Positions 27,801 through 39,072 of a stretch of DNA of 64,000 bases are shown one piece after another. How positions within the stretch are numbered: the first letter of the stretch is position 1; the number at the start of each line of letters is the position of its first letter. The translations under genes and the position numbers were made by a program. The notes under the pieces were generated by a model. That model saw only the letters and a list, made by a program, of their open reading frames with translations, ran no database searches and was not told where the DNA came from. Source of the stretch: Perkinsus chesapeaki ATCC PRA-425 (lineage: Eukaryota > Protista > Perkinsozoa); contig JAAPAO010000134.1 of the NCBI GenBank assembly GCA_013115145.1, forward strand, positions 2,620 to 66,619, written 5' to 3'.

Positions 27801-29157
27801 GCTGATTGGGAGGCTTATTACTTCTACACGTGCCCAGATGCTAATACGGATTATGCGCTTTAGAATAGATGACATACTTGTTGACAATATAAGGAACGCG
27901 CTAAAGCTGGTTATATACAAATGGGATTTTAAGAGGCGACGATAAAAGAAAATATTTTAAAAACAGTCAAGACGATAAGCCTTGTCCAAGGAAGATTCGT
28001 TCGACAAGTTACCAACAGTATTTTTGACCGGACTGAACTCACATCAGTGTTTATTACTACTACCCACATAATGTGGTTATCCTTCACCCTCTATTTTGAG
28101 ATATCTATGAAAGGGTTAATGCGTCTAATTCAGCCCGTATAAAGCTGGCAGTAGCAGTTCGTAGCTTTTCACTTCATCAAGACGACGTATGTTGTATTCA
28201 GTATATTTAATTTTCGTGTCTTCCATTATACTACCCTTGGGCATCTGATCCGAGTCGAGCTCATCAGTCGGCACGGTAACCGCTCCGCATTCTACTAAAT
28301 CACGCAAATCTATATAAACCTGAAAGCAGGCTTAGCTAGTTCAGCAGGGCAAAGCCTTCACCGTACTTGATAAGCCCCCATGCCTTCCGTCCGCACACGT
28401 TCAAATCGCGGGTCCGGCTCGAAATGCAATGTTGATGCACTCTCTGATATTGTCAATAGACCAGGCGCCTGATAACAAGTATGGCAGATGAGCTTTTAAG
28501 AAACCAACAACGCCAGAAAAATATAGAATTTGTATATATAAAAATAAATAATGGTATAATGTAAGATGCAACTTCCTCATTACAATCGGTTCGTATGGAT
28601 GATCAGCCTATTTTCTTAATTAGCTCAACCCGCAGCCCGATGAAAGTGTATCGAGCGACCGTGCATCGGCGCAAGTCGCTTCATAATATTAGTAACCTTC
28701 AATACCATTAAACCGCATCCTCGCTGATGGAAGGAAGTGACATGAAAATAAATATCGTTATTTTCGACATCACTCTGCTCTCCAGTGAAGGAACGTAATA
28801 CAGCATGTAGTTCGTGATGCTATAAATAAGTTTTATAGGAATGTAATAACATTTTAAGCAGTCAAGAAGTCCTTCGAAAAATACTTTTTTCATATTTTTC
28901 TTTCTTTCTTTCTTTCAAACGAAACTTTGTTTCCAACTCAGCAAATGATTGATTTCCCCATATAGTACTACCTTGACATTTGGTGTACAAAACCAGGCAT
29001 GCTCCCGCAAAAATATACTAGTATGAGCCAGACCAGCCCCCTCATTGAGATTTCCTGAATCACACCAATTAGCGACTTCTGTCTCTTTTTGTGTCGTACC
29101 GCTCTCTTCTATAATTGCCTGTGGAGTCCCCACTTGTACGGCTTCGTCTGTTGCCAT
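21865..29157 (-). CDS. OXR1: OXR1/NCOA7-like TLDc-domain protein (GRAM-like region + C-terminal TLDc), many exons
   Basis: Spliced TLDc: QWVLSYSPKVHGISLDNFYR|HMERMPCPSILLIKDTEGTVFGALCMSQWRKSGKFCGN|GESWVFTF...WSSKNEFFQ|YGDEGRLVIGGGG...YDSWLR|GSTGHCLTYNSDPLASSEDFIIQDVEVW. An upstream exon near 28350-28480 reads GLLTISESASTLHFEPDP, resembling the OXR1 GRAM-like region. That 27.5-29.2 kb belongs to the same gene is inferred. Confidence 0.85.
22598..24120 (+). mobile_element. 5'-truncated, frameshifted R4/Dong-clade non-LTR retrotransposon (RT C-terminus, CCHC, restriction-like endonuclease) in the last intron of the TLDc gene
   Basis: GLKFDLPKCA...TYTYLGI (RT end), KSGGRGL, CRLCGVEVETLYHIASSC (CCHC), EYLDRHNRIA, KPDIL...AEIAV (REL nuclease), IVPIVIGVTG. 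Frameshifts near 22945 and 23755. A 15-nt direct repeat aacaataatagtaat flanks it at 22583-22597 and 24121-24135. Confidence 0.9.
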
Positions 29158-29950
29158 CAGACGTTATTATTAATAAAAAGCAATGAGAAAAAACTAAACG
29201 AAAAAACAGATTTTCCTGTTTAGTGATAAAATTTACGCTTCCGCTCACACTCGTAGGCTTCCTGAAAAATAGGGAAATTTATGGGGAAATATTTTGCTCT
29301 TTGCCGAAAAAACATCTCTACTGAGAGTCCTTAATAACATAGGAACAATCAGAAGTTAACGTCTTAAAACATTACTAAGGTACAGGGCAAAAAAGTCGGT
29401 AAAAAATCCCGCAATAGAAAATGGAATTCATTTCTAACGCAAGGGAAGTACCAACGAGCACTTCAAGTACGCGATTGAAGAGAACACAAGGGAGGGAATA
29501 CTACCCGAGAGGAAAAGTATAACTGAAAGGGAAATGCAATAGAATCCAACTACAAGATACTATTCAGAATGATTAAGTGAGAATCATTTCGACAACAATA
29601 TAACTCCTGATTTCTTCTTTCCCACGCAACTTAGACAGAAATGATTCGTTGACAGAAATATAGATTGTATTCAAGAACGACATACGTGCCATCTTGATAT
29701 AAAGAAATATATGCAATAATTACACTGAAAAATTTGTTATTCCAACTTTTAACACAAGCTTCAAAGATTACAGTCAACCATAAGACCTACAAAAATATGC
29801 TACCACGACTTGTCATTTCGTCACTTGTGAAGTATTATTCCCGCCTTGATGATCACTAGAATGAATATCGCACAAATAGGAAATGGATTTATCCATAGCC
29901 AATCCATCATTCCAGTTAACACAACCACCACATCCTCAAACGCTTTTCCG

Positions 29951-30543
29951 CTATAACATGATCCTTAAGATTCCTCTACACTTCCCCGATCGCCTATCAA
30001 CTCCCTGTATAGAATCCCATACCGTCTCCAGCCCAATCCACAAAGGTTCGGTGTAAGGCCAAGGATCCAGGAGCAACACGCTAGCCGTTTCCGCGTCAAA
30101 AGCAGCAATCGGCGCGAAATGGCCATCCCAGGGAATTTGTCCGGCAAGAGTCATATCATAATTCAGAATAAAAAAACCTTCACGGTGCGTAAAAAGATTC
30201 TTTAATTCCTCCACATTCCGCGGTTGCACAATTTCTGTCTCCCATTTGAACACCGCAAAGCAACACTCACGCAGCTCAGCTAGCGTCAGGCCATGCTTCA
30301 AAAGCGTATCTTTTCGCACTGGGAAGAATTCAGATTCCATAATTTCCGCATCGCTCATCATCTTTCCCTCCACAGACGCTTTTATCATCGCCACTGACGC
30401 CACACCGCAAGTGGCATGCGTTTGCTGTCGTCGAAAGAAGGATATCCCAAAATCTTCACAGTGCGCAAATCGTCGAAGGCCTTCTTCAGAGCGCAATAAA
30501 CATACCGCATTCTCATATCTAGCAAGCGTTCATCCGAACTCAT
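29951..30543 (-). CDS. PCS: Phytochelatin synthase-like papain-fold enzyme, catalytic domain only, no intron in the domain
   Basis: Q-x4-CG (QQTHATCGVAS), FILNY...GHFAPIAAFD, LLLDP and closing RG, giving a complete Cys-His-Asp triad. No in-frame ATG precedes the catalytic Cys. The ATG at 30543 needs +1 nt (plausibly in a TTT run) or an upstream exon. Confidence 0.85.
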
Positions 30544-30932
30544 ACAGATGTTATAAGACCGCCCTCTGGACTAAGAATAGCTTAACTAGATGCTCTTAAC
30601 TGAAGAATGTGCTAAGAATAGAAACCTTTTTCTGAGCAACTTTCTATCGTATCCTACCACCATACTTTAACCTAAACGAATTTAAGCGTAACGACCTTTA
30701 ACAAATTCATTTCGAGCGGATCCCCGTTCTCCGGCTCATTCTTTGTTATGAATCCTACAGCCCGCAATTATCCTGCCGAAAAATGAGGGAGGACATATTC
30801 CTCTTCGTTTCAATGGTAACTGACTAATAATTCTATCTCTCCTAAAGTGAAGCCCTAAGTGGAGCTTCTATCTGTCCTATCAATTCTGTAGAAGTTAAAT
30901 ATTAATTATATAATACGGTATTCATTAATATC

Positions 30933-31040
30933 ATAGATACTGATAATTTAATATTATAGATACTGATGATTTAATATTATAGATACTGATAATTTAATAT
31001 TATAGATACTGATAATTTAATATTATAGATACTGATAATT
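30933..31040. repeat. 23-nt tandem repeat (atagatactgataatttaatatt) x4.7
   Basis: Nearly identical tandem units seen directly. Confidence 0.92.
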
Positions 31041-31684
31041 AATGAAGTCATTGAATAATCAATTTAATAACGAGTGTAATAGTGAGATTAATAATGATGA
31101 AAGGGGTTATTAATGTATGATACATAGTGACTGCACACTATCAACACTCGCCACTTGAACATTTCTAGTGATTCAATAACGGATTTAATAACGATTAACA
31201 TAATAAAATGATTATCTGTTGCATCACCTTCCCGATGTTAATACATACTCACTAAGCACTATCCATACTCACTTTTTAAACACCTTCAATGCTTCCACTC
31301 TCGACAGGTTTTTCCTGCTCACTAATCCCTCGACAGAGTCCCGCCGTTGTCGCTCGCGGAAGGAATCTTCCAGAAGTATTTCGATACCACTGATTTCTCT
31401 CATTAATTTTTAATAGGAAACTGGACGTGCCAATAGCTGGTAAACTGAAGACCTCCACAGTAACAAAACCTGTAGGATCTACAATGTTGAGAGACCGTCC
31501 TTTCTTTAAACTGAACACTTACTAGGACCTTTGAGAAGATCCACTCAGATTGCCTCTTCGCGTAAGTGTTTGTCAAAAGTTGTCCGTCTGCTTGTTATAG
31601 ATTCATAATGCTCTTTCGCGTATCGAACTTCTTAGAAAGTAGTCCAAGTGATTTCAAGACAGAAGAAAATCGGTTTGAAAATGA

Positions 31685-31752
31685 TAACCCAGGTATCGAA
31701 CCCGGGTCACATGTTTAAAAGACACTATGCTCAACGAACTAAGCTACGGAAA
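31685..31752 (-). pseudogene. tRNA-derived pseudogene/SINE head (Lys-TTT-like)
   Basis: Reverse strand: TAGCTTAGTTCGTTGAGC (A-box/D-arm), GTGT-CTTTTAA-ACAT anticodon arm, CCCGGGTTCGATACCTGGG T-arm. The acceptor stem does not pair. Confidence 0.6.
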
Positions 31753-32650
31753 TGATCGCACAAACGCTAAATTATTCTGGCCGTACTGAGAAGACTTTCG
31801 ATGAACTGTGAGGACTCTGGGCCTATAACATAACTTTTATGTCAACCTCACTTGCGTTGGAGGACTGGATGTTCTCGCGGTTCTCGAGAAGGTATGCTTA
31901 AAGTGATACGTTTGTTTAAACGTATCGTCTGAGTTCTGACCCGCACACTCGATCGCGGAATGTGTTAGAGGTGCGGATCCATGAAAAAATGGTTTAAAAG
32001 ATGGCCAAAACCCCACGGTTTCGAAAATAGGAGGCAACGCCGAATAAACCATCGGTAGCACAGATAGAAGGATCAAAGTGATAATGGCAATATTGTGCCT
32101 CAACACGATCGGTGTGAAAGGGGTCTGGGGTTTTACTAACTTGGTCTGGAAATGGTGTAGGCCGATTCGCAGACTCACAACAGTAGTAGCCATTCCTATC
32201 CGTGGGGTGATCTCTGGTGTAGTAGGCAAAGAGCTAAGAGAATTGAGAGGAACAAACGGACTAACTCTGCGGCTTGCTGCCACTGACATATGAACGTGTT
32301 GAATAAATGCGTATATATGGGCTCTGCTAGCCTGGGTCAGGAAGCCAAACAGATATAAGGGCGAATAACAGACGCACCTTACAGGGTAACACAATCAAAA
32401 AGGGCCGACCCGTATCCAACTTAAACGCTCAGATTCAAGGGGGTGTTGCCTCTGCTGTTAAGGGGGGTTTCAGCAAGTCCAGCAAGCGTTGAACTTGTCC
32501 AGTGGATGAGGCCGTGTAAAAGCCCTTTCTCTCGTGCGCTAGGTTTGCTCGTAACGCAATTCATAATCGATAACACAGACATCTTTCACTCAACATGTGA
32601 TTGATAAACAATAATAGGTTAACCTGTCATCACTCATGACAACCTCAAGT

Positions 32651-33481
32651 CTAGAATTTGTGAACAAAATAGGTCGCATCTGAATGAACCGAAGATAAGA
32701 AAAGTAATAAAAACGAAACCCCTACCCTCGTGATCGAAAGTCTCAAAGTATTTTGGAAAACGTTGGAATACTTCAGCCTTCGCCGATCCCCTAGGTGGTG
32801 ACGCATACACGACTTTAACATTGGGCCATCTCTTTGGTATCTATAATATGGATGCCCCCTGCGAGAGGGAGGGTGCCCTACATCTTCTAGTGCCTTTGAT
32901 ACCAACTCTTTCCCGACTTTCACGTCGACTTCCTTCATAAAAAGGTAAATATAAATACCATCTTCATCTTTAAGGTTCAGTTCAGGACTAAGCAATACAA
33001 AACTGCCCAAAAGCAGACCACTCCAGATTCCTTACAAGCGTCTTCGAACTACCATCGGAAGATCAAAGGGAGACAGTGTCACATAACCCAGTTGTTCCTG
33101 AAGAACACCACTCACTTCCTGTGCCAGTAACGTTCCTACTTTCTCGACGTCCCCTTCTTTACGTACAGCAACATAGTAATGGTCTTCCGGATAGTTCTCT
33201 GAAGAGCCGACAATTTCTCCTTCCTTTTTCAGCCTGTATTCAACATTTTGCTCATCTTTCTTGTTAAAACTCATGAACTTCGCCTCGCGCGAGGTCGGTA
33301 CACCAAAAGGGCTACCTCGTTCAACCTAACACCTTGGTTATTGATGCTGATAATAGACGCATACTTTAGGGTTATCTCCGCCCCCTTTGTTTTCACTCGT
33401 GTGGCCAGCCTGTTTGCCTCCTAATGCTTGGTGGGTATTCCACGGGAGGCATGCAAGCACGGTGATGAGAAAGGTTCTCAT
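32651..33481 (-). CDS. Secreted GNAT-fold protein, array copy 1 (most divergent; 6 exons)
   Basis: MRTFLITVLACLPWNTHQALG (signal-like)...NVEYRLKKEGEIV...PEDHYYVAVRKEGDVEK|EQLGYVTLSPFDLPMVVRRRL|PELNLKDEDGIYIYLFMKEVDVKVGKELVSKALED|IPKRWPNVKVVYAS...DHE|DATYFVHKF*. Intron positions and phases match the neighbouring copies. Confidence 0.7.
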
Positions 33482-34528
33482 GAAAGATGGTGGAAACTCT
33501 GATACGATGGCCTTAATCGATCATCGACATTCGACAGTGGACACGTGATGAACATAGATTTCTCCAATCTATCAAACCAGCCAGGTATGGCTGAAACGAC
33601 GATCTCCCTGGTCCTCATGACAACCTACGTGCAACCATGCTACAACCTAGGTGCCCCGGCTACTGCCTAAAGTAGACGAATTCCCGTCAATCCCTAAAAG
33701 GGAGGTGAAGCCCAGACTCCTGAGCAGATTCTCAGAAGGCCGATGGAAGCCTTACTCTCACGATAAGCAATATGACTGGTGAACGGGATAGTATTACAAC
33801 ACAGAGCAAAGGGAAGGAACAGCATCGCACACAAGAACATGTATTCGATAAATATGGAGGATTGGATAATATCTTTTTATCTGGGATTGAATGACAATAA
33901 CATTTAGTAGTGTTATCCAAATGCCGTATAACAAATATCATCAATACTCGTTTTTTAATAAGTTTTACATCATATGAGGAAAGACGCAGAAAAAAGTGAA
34001 ATCGGAAATAAGTACAGTATTAATAATGTGAATTCCTCTGTAGTATCTCATCATTTCTTATTGCCGATGGCAGGATACTTGTAAATGTAAAGCTTGTTCT
34101 TGGGGAAATCTGAGAGGAATTGCCGTAGTACAAACATGCAAGATGTAACACCGATTTTCACAAACAGCAACCACGTCGCGAACCACGTGCCCGCCGAGGT
34201 CGCCTACCAGAGTCCTGTCCAATATATCTAAATAGGCTATCCGGCGCTGACGCATCGTCAATGGGTGGAGCCGGCCCGTGCTCCATCGATACAACCGCGA
34301 ACGTGAGGTCTGGATGGTTGGCCTTGATCTAATACATGGAAATTTTCTCTCAAGGGTGACCGACAATCATACCTGCTGTAATGCCGATAGTATCAACTGC
34401 ATCTCCAGTGTACTGCTGGCGCCTGGTTTGGGCAACACGTTTGCAGATCTTAAGAAAGCGGAGGCTTTCGTTGTCACCATCTTACCGCTGCATACCGAGA
34501 AACCTACATCCTGACAACACCGGCAGGC

Positions 34529-35593
34529 TTACATTTTTTCTTTTGCACGGGGTCGGGCAGAGCCCGGAGCTGTTTGAGGAGGCCTTGTCGAGCCTGATAT
34601 ATCGGGGAGTCGCATAGGAAACTCGAATTGATTCACCTCAGTTGAAGTCACGTCGTCGTGAATTGTACACGTGATATGAACTCCTGGTGTTCTCGGACCG
34701 CAAGAAGCTGGCTTCGGGACCGGTTGATCATTCACAGAGGGTGCTTGATCGGGCTCAGTGGGGTACTCGTAAATGTACCACGGGAAGCCTTTTGCGGAAG
34801 CTAACAAGAGAAAACTAACAATTACCCAACAGATATGCGTTGACAACAGAAGATACTTAGTAGGTAATCTAACAATTACTAGATAATATCTTGTAAATAC
34901 ATACTGTGTTTGGTAACCGAGCTTTGGTTAGCTCACGAATAGAGAGGTTAGCGTTCTGATTCACGAGAGTTTACTCAAGAAATTAAATCCTGCACTTTCA
35001 AAGACTCCTTGTGGTTCTCTCATGTCCTTCATTCCATACACGCGTTTCACTTCTGGCCACTTGGCTCTAATCTGAGATAGCGAGATCGTTTGAGTGTAGT
35101 GGATTGCGATAACTGAATACATCGTCCAATGCTAATGTTAGCACTTTCTCCTCGAGTCCTGTATTCCCGTTCCCTAGAGGGTGGAGAATTCTTGTCTCTA
35201 CGACATCTTCAGTTTGAACTTCTTTCGGACTAAGCGAATACAAAAGATATAATAACTACTCTCCTAAAAGCTATATGCCATTACATCTGCTTTCGTATGA
35301 AGTCATGCACTTGGCCCCTCCACGCTTTTACCGCCACAGGCTGGAAAAACAGGAGTATCGGACTGCAAATCCGCTTTGATCACCTTCTCTCCACTTATCG
35401 GATTTATTGCCCCGAAATAATGAACATCGTCGGGCATTGGTCTTCTGAAACCCGCTTCCTTAGCAGTCAGCGATCTGTATTCGAAGTCTTCAGCATTTAA
35501 CCTTGTTAATGGCTTCGACTGCTGGGATGATTTTATCGATAATTGATAAGAGATGTTGATAAGACAGATAATAAGGAGGAGGGAAGCTCTCAT
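34529..35593 (-). CDS. Secreted GNAT-fold protein, array copy 2 (5 exons, Pro-rich tail)
   Basis: MRASLLLIICLINISYQLS...DFEYRSL...GEK|PVAVKAW...RKQI|PKEVQTEDVVETRILHPLGNGNTGLEEKVLTLALDD|IRAKWPEVKRVYG...FESAGFNFL|TSAKGFPWYIYEYP...; all GT-AG and in frame. Confidence 0.75.
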
Positions 35594-36130
35594 TAATACT
35601 ATTAACTCCTAAGATACATTACAGAGCATGGCCCTCGATGGTCCGTATAATGGAACTTCTAAAATCGACACCGCCCGAGGTTCCCTAGCCGTCTCGTCTC
35701 GTAATTATCGATGGCGTGCGCACACTGGCTTGAGTAATGTGTAATCGGGAGAACGACGCCAAATGATGGTGTAAGTCTTGGAGGATCTAAGAGCAGTTCA
35801 AAAGAGCTTTAATGTTCTGTCTGAGATCAACGGTCTGACCGTCAACCACCATGGAAAACTAAAGAGTTGCTATCGGCAACTTGCAAATGAAAAGTTTGGT
35901 GGTGTGAAAATGCAAGAACTGAGTCTTATTGACAACGGCAAAATGGCAAAATGCTGCTGCAAGAAGAGCCTTACTAGGAGAGTATAACAGCCCGCCAAAT
36001 TGGCGGCGCCAATGTGTAAGCCTGTGCATTAAGCACAACGCGAAGCCTAGATGAAGATAAACACCTCAAATAACATGCAACTGATAAACTTAATGGACAT
36101 TGTCCATTGGACAACATACAAATGGAGGTT

Positions 36131-37160
36131 TCAAGAGTGTACATCGTCCTTGCTACGTCGATTCGGGTACTTGTACAGATAAAGACTATACTCCGCATCA
36201 TCTGACATATAGAAAACATGGGTCAACACAGGAATACAGCTCCTGAATAGCAGAACCGCAATCGTTCATTCGTATGGCATTGCCTGAAACCGGTCACAAT
36301 GCACGAGCACGAGTTGGTGAAGCCACGAAGGAACATATAGAGTCCCCAGCAAGAATGCATTTGCTGTTGGCTTTCCCTCTGTGGACGTATGTCACAGCAC
36401 GAATCCCGTTGTGAGATCTTTGTGAGTCGAAAATGGTGGCAAGTGAATCAGGTCAACTAATTGTTTGATTCAAAGCTAACAAATTCAAAGGCTAGATGGC
36501 TCGCTACTTGGATCCTTTCCAACACATTTAAACCCATTCTTCTCGTATAAGCGTATAGCATATTTGTTCATGTCCTTCACTGATAGATACACGGCCATTA
36601 CCTTCGGCCATTTCTGCCGTATCTTGTGCAAGAACTTAAATTGTCAGTATTATAATGACGTACATCTTCCAATGCCTTGGGGAACATTCTAGATGCTATT
36701 CCTTTATTCCATAAAGCTTCATCTACCTTAACCAACGAGACGAGCACCACAGCATCATCCTTCGTCTTCTCAGCACTGGAGTCAGTATTGCTTCACCCAA
36801 CTTGGTAGATTCAGGGCTTACAGATTATCTAGCACCGGCTGTGGTAAATCGTCTTCACTCAAACGCGAAATCACGATTCCCTTTCCGTTCTGCACCAATG
36901 CAACGCTGGTTTTGCTCATATGATTTGCGCCAATCTACCTTGCTCCCAGGTCCTCTTATACGAGCTGCAAAGTAACGTTCGTCGTGAAGAGGCATCTCTC
37001 GTCTGTGCCGTTTCCGAGGAAGCTCATCATCACGTAACGGTCTGTATTCAAGGTCAGCAGCAGTTAATTCGGCCAGTGGTTTTGATTGCTGGGCGGACCC
37101 CAACGATGTTTGGTGGGTGATATCTATAAGATAGATGATAATAAGGAGACAAGGGTTCAT
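36131..37160 (-). CDS. Secreted GNAT N-acetyltransferase, array copy 3 (intact, canonical motifs)
   Basis: MNPCLLIIIYLIDITHQTSLG...DLEYRPL...GSK|NGKGIVISRL...DNL|AEKTKDDAVVLVSLVKVDEALWNKGIASRMFPKALED|IRQKWPKVMAVYLSVKDMNKYAIRLYEKNGFKCVGKDP|NDAEYSLYLYKYP...*. GNAT motif A (VxVxxxxxNKGIA) and motif B (YLxVxxxNxxAxxLYxKxGF) are present. Confidence 0.85.
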
Positions 37161-37583
37161 TATCAATAAGAAGAGGGTAACTGCTATGATGCATACACGA
37201 GGATACGCAAGTAAAGCCTCACAAGCTGGAGCATGACTATGGAGAGATGTATGCGGTAGGCGTGGGAGACTCTTGATTGGAAAAGCCATCCCTAACAAAC
37301 AGCTTGAAGCTCATCGTAGATGTCTCGTCTCGTACTGATCGATGGCGAGCGCACACTGGTTCTTTCATCCAAATGATTTAGTCATTATGATTAACGATAA
37401 CTCCATGTTCCATAATCAATGGTGTACGCGCCAAACGCATGAAAACGCAACGCAGCTGGCAACAATGGGCATCTACAGTAGAACATGTGAGCGGAACGGA
37501 GCACGCAGCATTTAAGTACCTCAGTCTATCAATAGCGGGAAAGAGCGACAGCACCACTATCATTGCTGCGACAAGCAAACTAA

Positions 37584-38606
37584 TCATAGTAGATACGTTA
37601 GCTGTGAACGGATGGATTGACAGGGCGAATGAGTCATGAGAAAAGACCCAGGATAAATTCCGCTTCCAAAAGATACATTCGACCACTCGGTGATGCGTTC
37701 CTGGTCGCCAGATGAGGGATATTTGTAAAGATAGAGAGCTAGTCCGTCTAAAAACAAACCCGAGTAAACGCCCAGCTTGCACGCTATTAATGGTCGCGAA
37801 GGGGTATGTGCGGATCAGCCCAATTACATCTTTTCCCATCGGGAAGCAAGTCCGACAAACAACAGAGTAAATGCCCCTCCCAAATGTGACATGGGAAGAA
37901 TGCACACGGGAAAAGATGTAGATACAAATGGCGTCTAAGTCTTACCTGGTTCCGTAATTGCGGTGGAGTTGTATTTCCCGTAGAAATGTACTCGAGCTTT
38001 ATAATACTTCGCAGCATCTTCATCACTATTGTCGATTTGCAAGTACACTGCTATAGTGTTCGGACATTTCTGTCGTATCTTACAAATAAACTCATATAAC
38101 GATGTAGTCAATTGCATATATAATAATACATCATTCAGTGCTTGCGGGAACATTCCAGATGATTCTAGATGCTACTCTTTTATTTCGCCAATCAGGACGT
38201 ACCCAAACGTCCCCTATGTAAATGTCGATCTCATCGTCTTTCTTCTCGGGACTATAGATAAGACGCTTTTCCCATGGAATAGATAACCCTTACGTACAGC
38301 GCATCCAAAACGGCCCGCCGAGTACGACTCTCCTTGTACCACATCACATACCCGACCGTATCCTGACATGGATCGCTAATGCCACTACGATGCACTGCTG
38401 GAGATTTTCTTCTTCTCTGTATATCGCTCTTTCCCCTCTACAGCGGTCTCTCGCCCCATGTTCACGCCAAAGCGATGCTCTGTATTCAAGATCATCAGCA
38501 GTTAGATTGGTTGATGGTTTGGGTTGATCGGTTGTTCGGCTGATTTTATCAACAATTGGTAAGTGATGTTGATAAGACAGATAATGAGGACGATAAAAGT
38601 TTTCAT
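37584..38606 (-). pseudogene. Secreted GNAT acetyltransferase, array copy 4, frameshifted
   Basis: MKTFIVLIICLINITYQLL... IYIGDVWVRPDWRNKRVASR, then a 10-nt tandem duplication (catctagaat/catctggaat, ~38150-38175) shifts the frame before MFPQALND|IRQKCPNTIAVYLQIDNSDEDAAKYY; last exon DGLALYLYKYP. Confidence 0.7.
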
Positions 38607-39072
38607 TAATAATAATAGAGTGAGAACTACGGTACTATGTATGTACTATTATAAAGTACTAGTAGTGAATCCCTACTCTCTACCCACCTCACTGGTTCGT
38701 CTGATCAAGAAAGTAAACCACAATCTGAATCTGACATAACATCTGCGATACTCCTCTGTAGGGCTGTCCTCTCAATCACAGTCCTTTCGCTTACAATCAC
38801 CGAGGTGCCATGTCATCTGCAGACTGCGTATCATTCCCCTTGGATAGCACTGGTTAAATGCTCATCTCAGATGGAGAGCTCTCCTAGACGAGGTCCCGCA
38901 ATCAGTTCTTTCAGAACAACCTGCAACTATATGGGGAAATGTGGAGCTAGCAACCTCGGCCCGGAATCACCAATAGTATCCCAGAGCGCAACAAATTCCG
39001 AACAATAACATATTGCACAAGCAGATGAGTGTAGTCCATATCAGAGGACTGAACAGTGTAGAATGGCTGTGA

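Noticed and set aside
20455-31040. Tandem repeats considered as CRISPR arrays
   Set aside because: Units are contiguous with no unique spacers, there are no cas genes, and the context is eukaryotic.
31837-32394. 185-aa ORF considered as a sixth GNAT copy
   Set aside because: It lacks the EYR, ALxx|IxxxWP and LYxYP hallmarks and has no matching intron pattern.
34529-34846. Apparent separate secreted protein MSTHICWVIVSFLLLASAKG...
   Set aside because: The hydrophobic leader is the translated polypyrimidine tract of an intron ending ttgttag. The rest (WYIYEYP) is the last exon of GNAT copy 2, homologous to LYLYKYP in copies 3 and 4.
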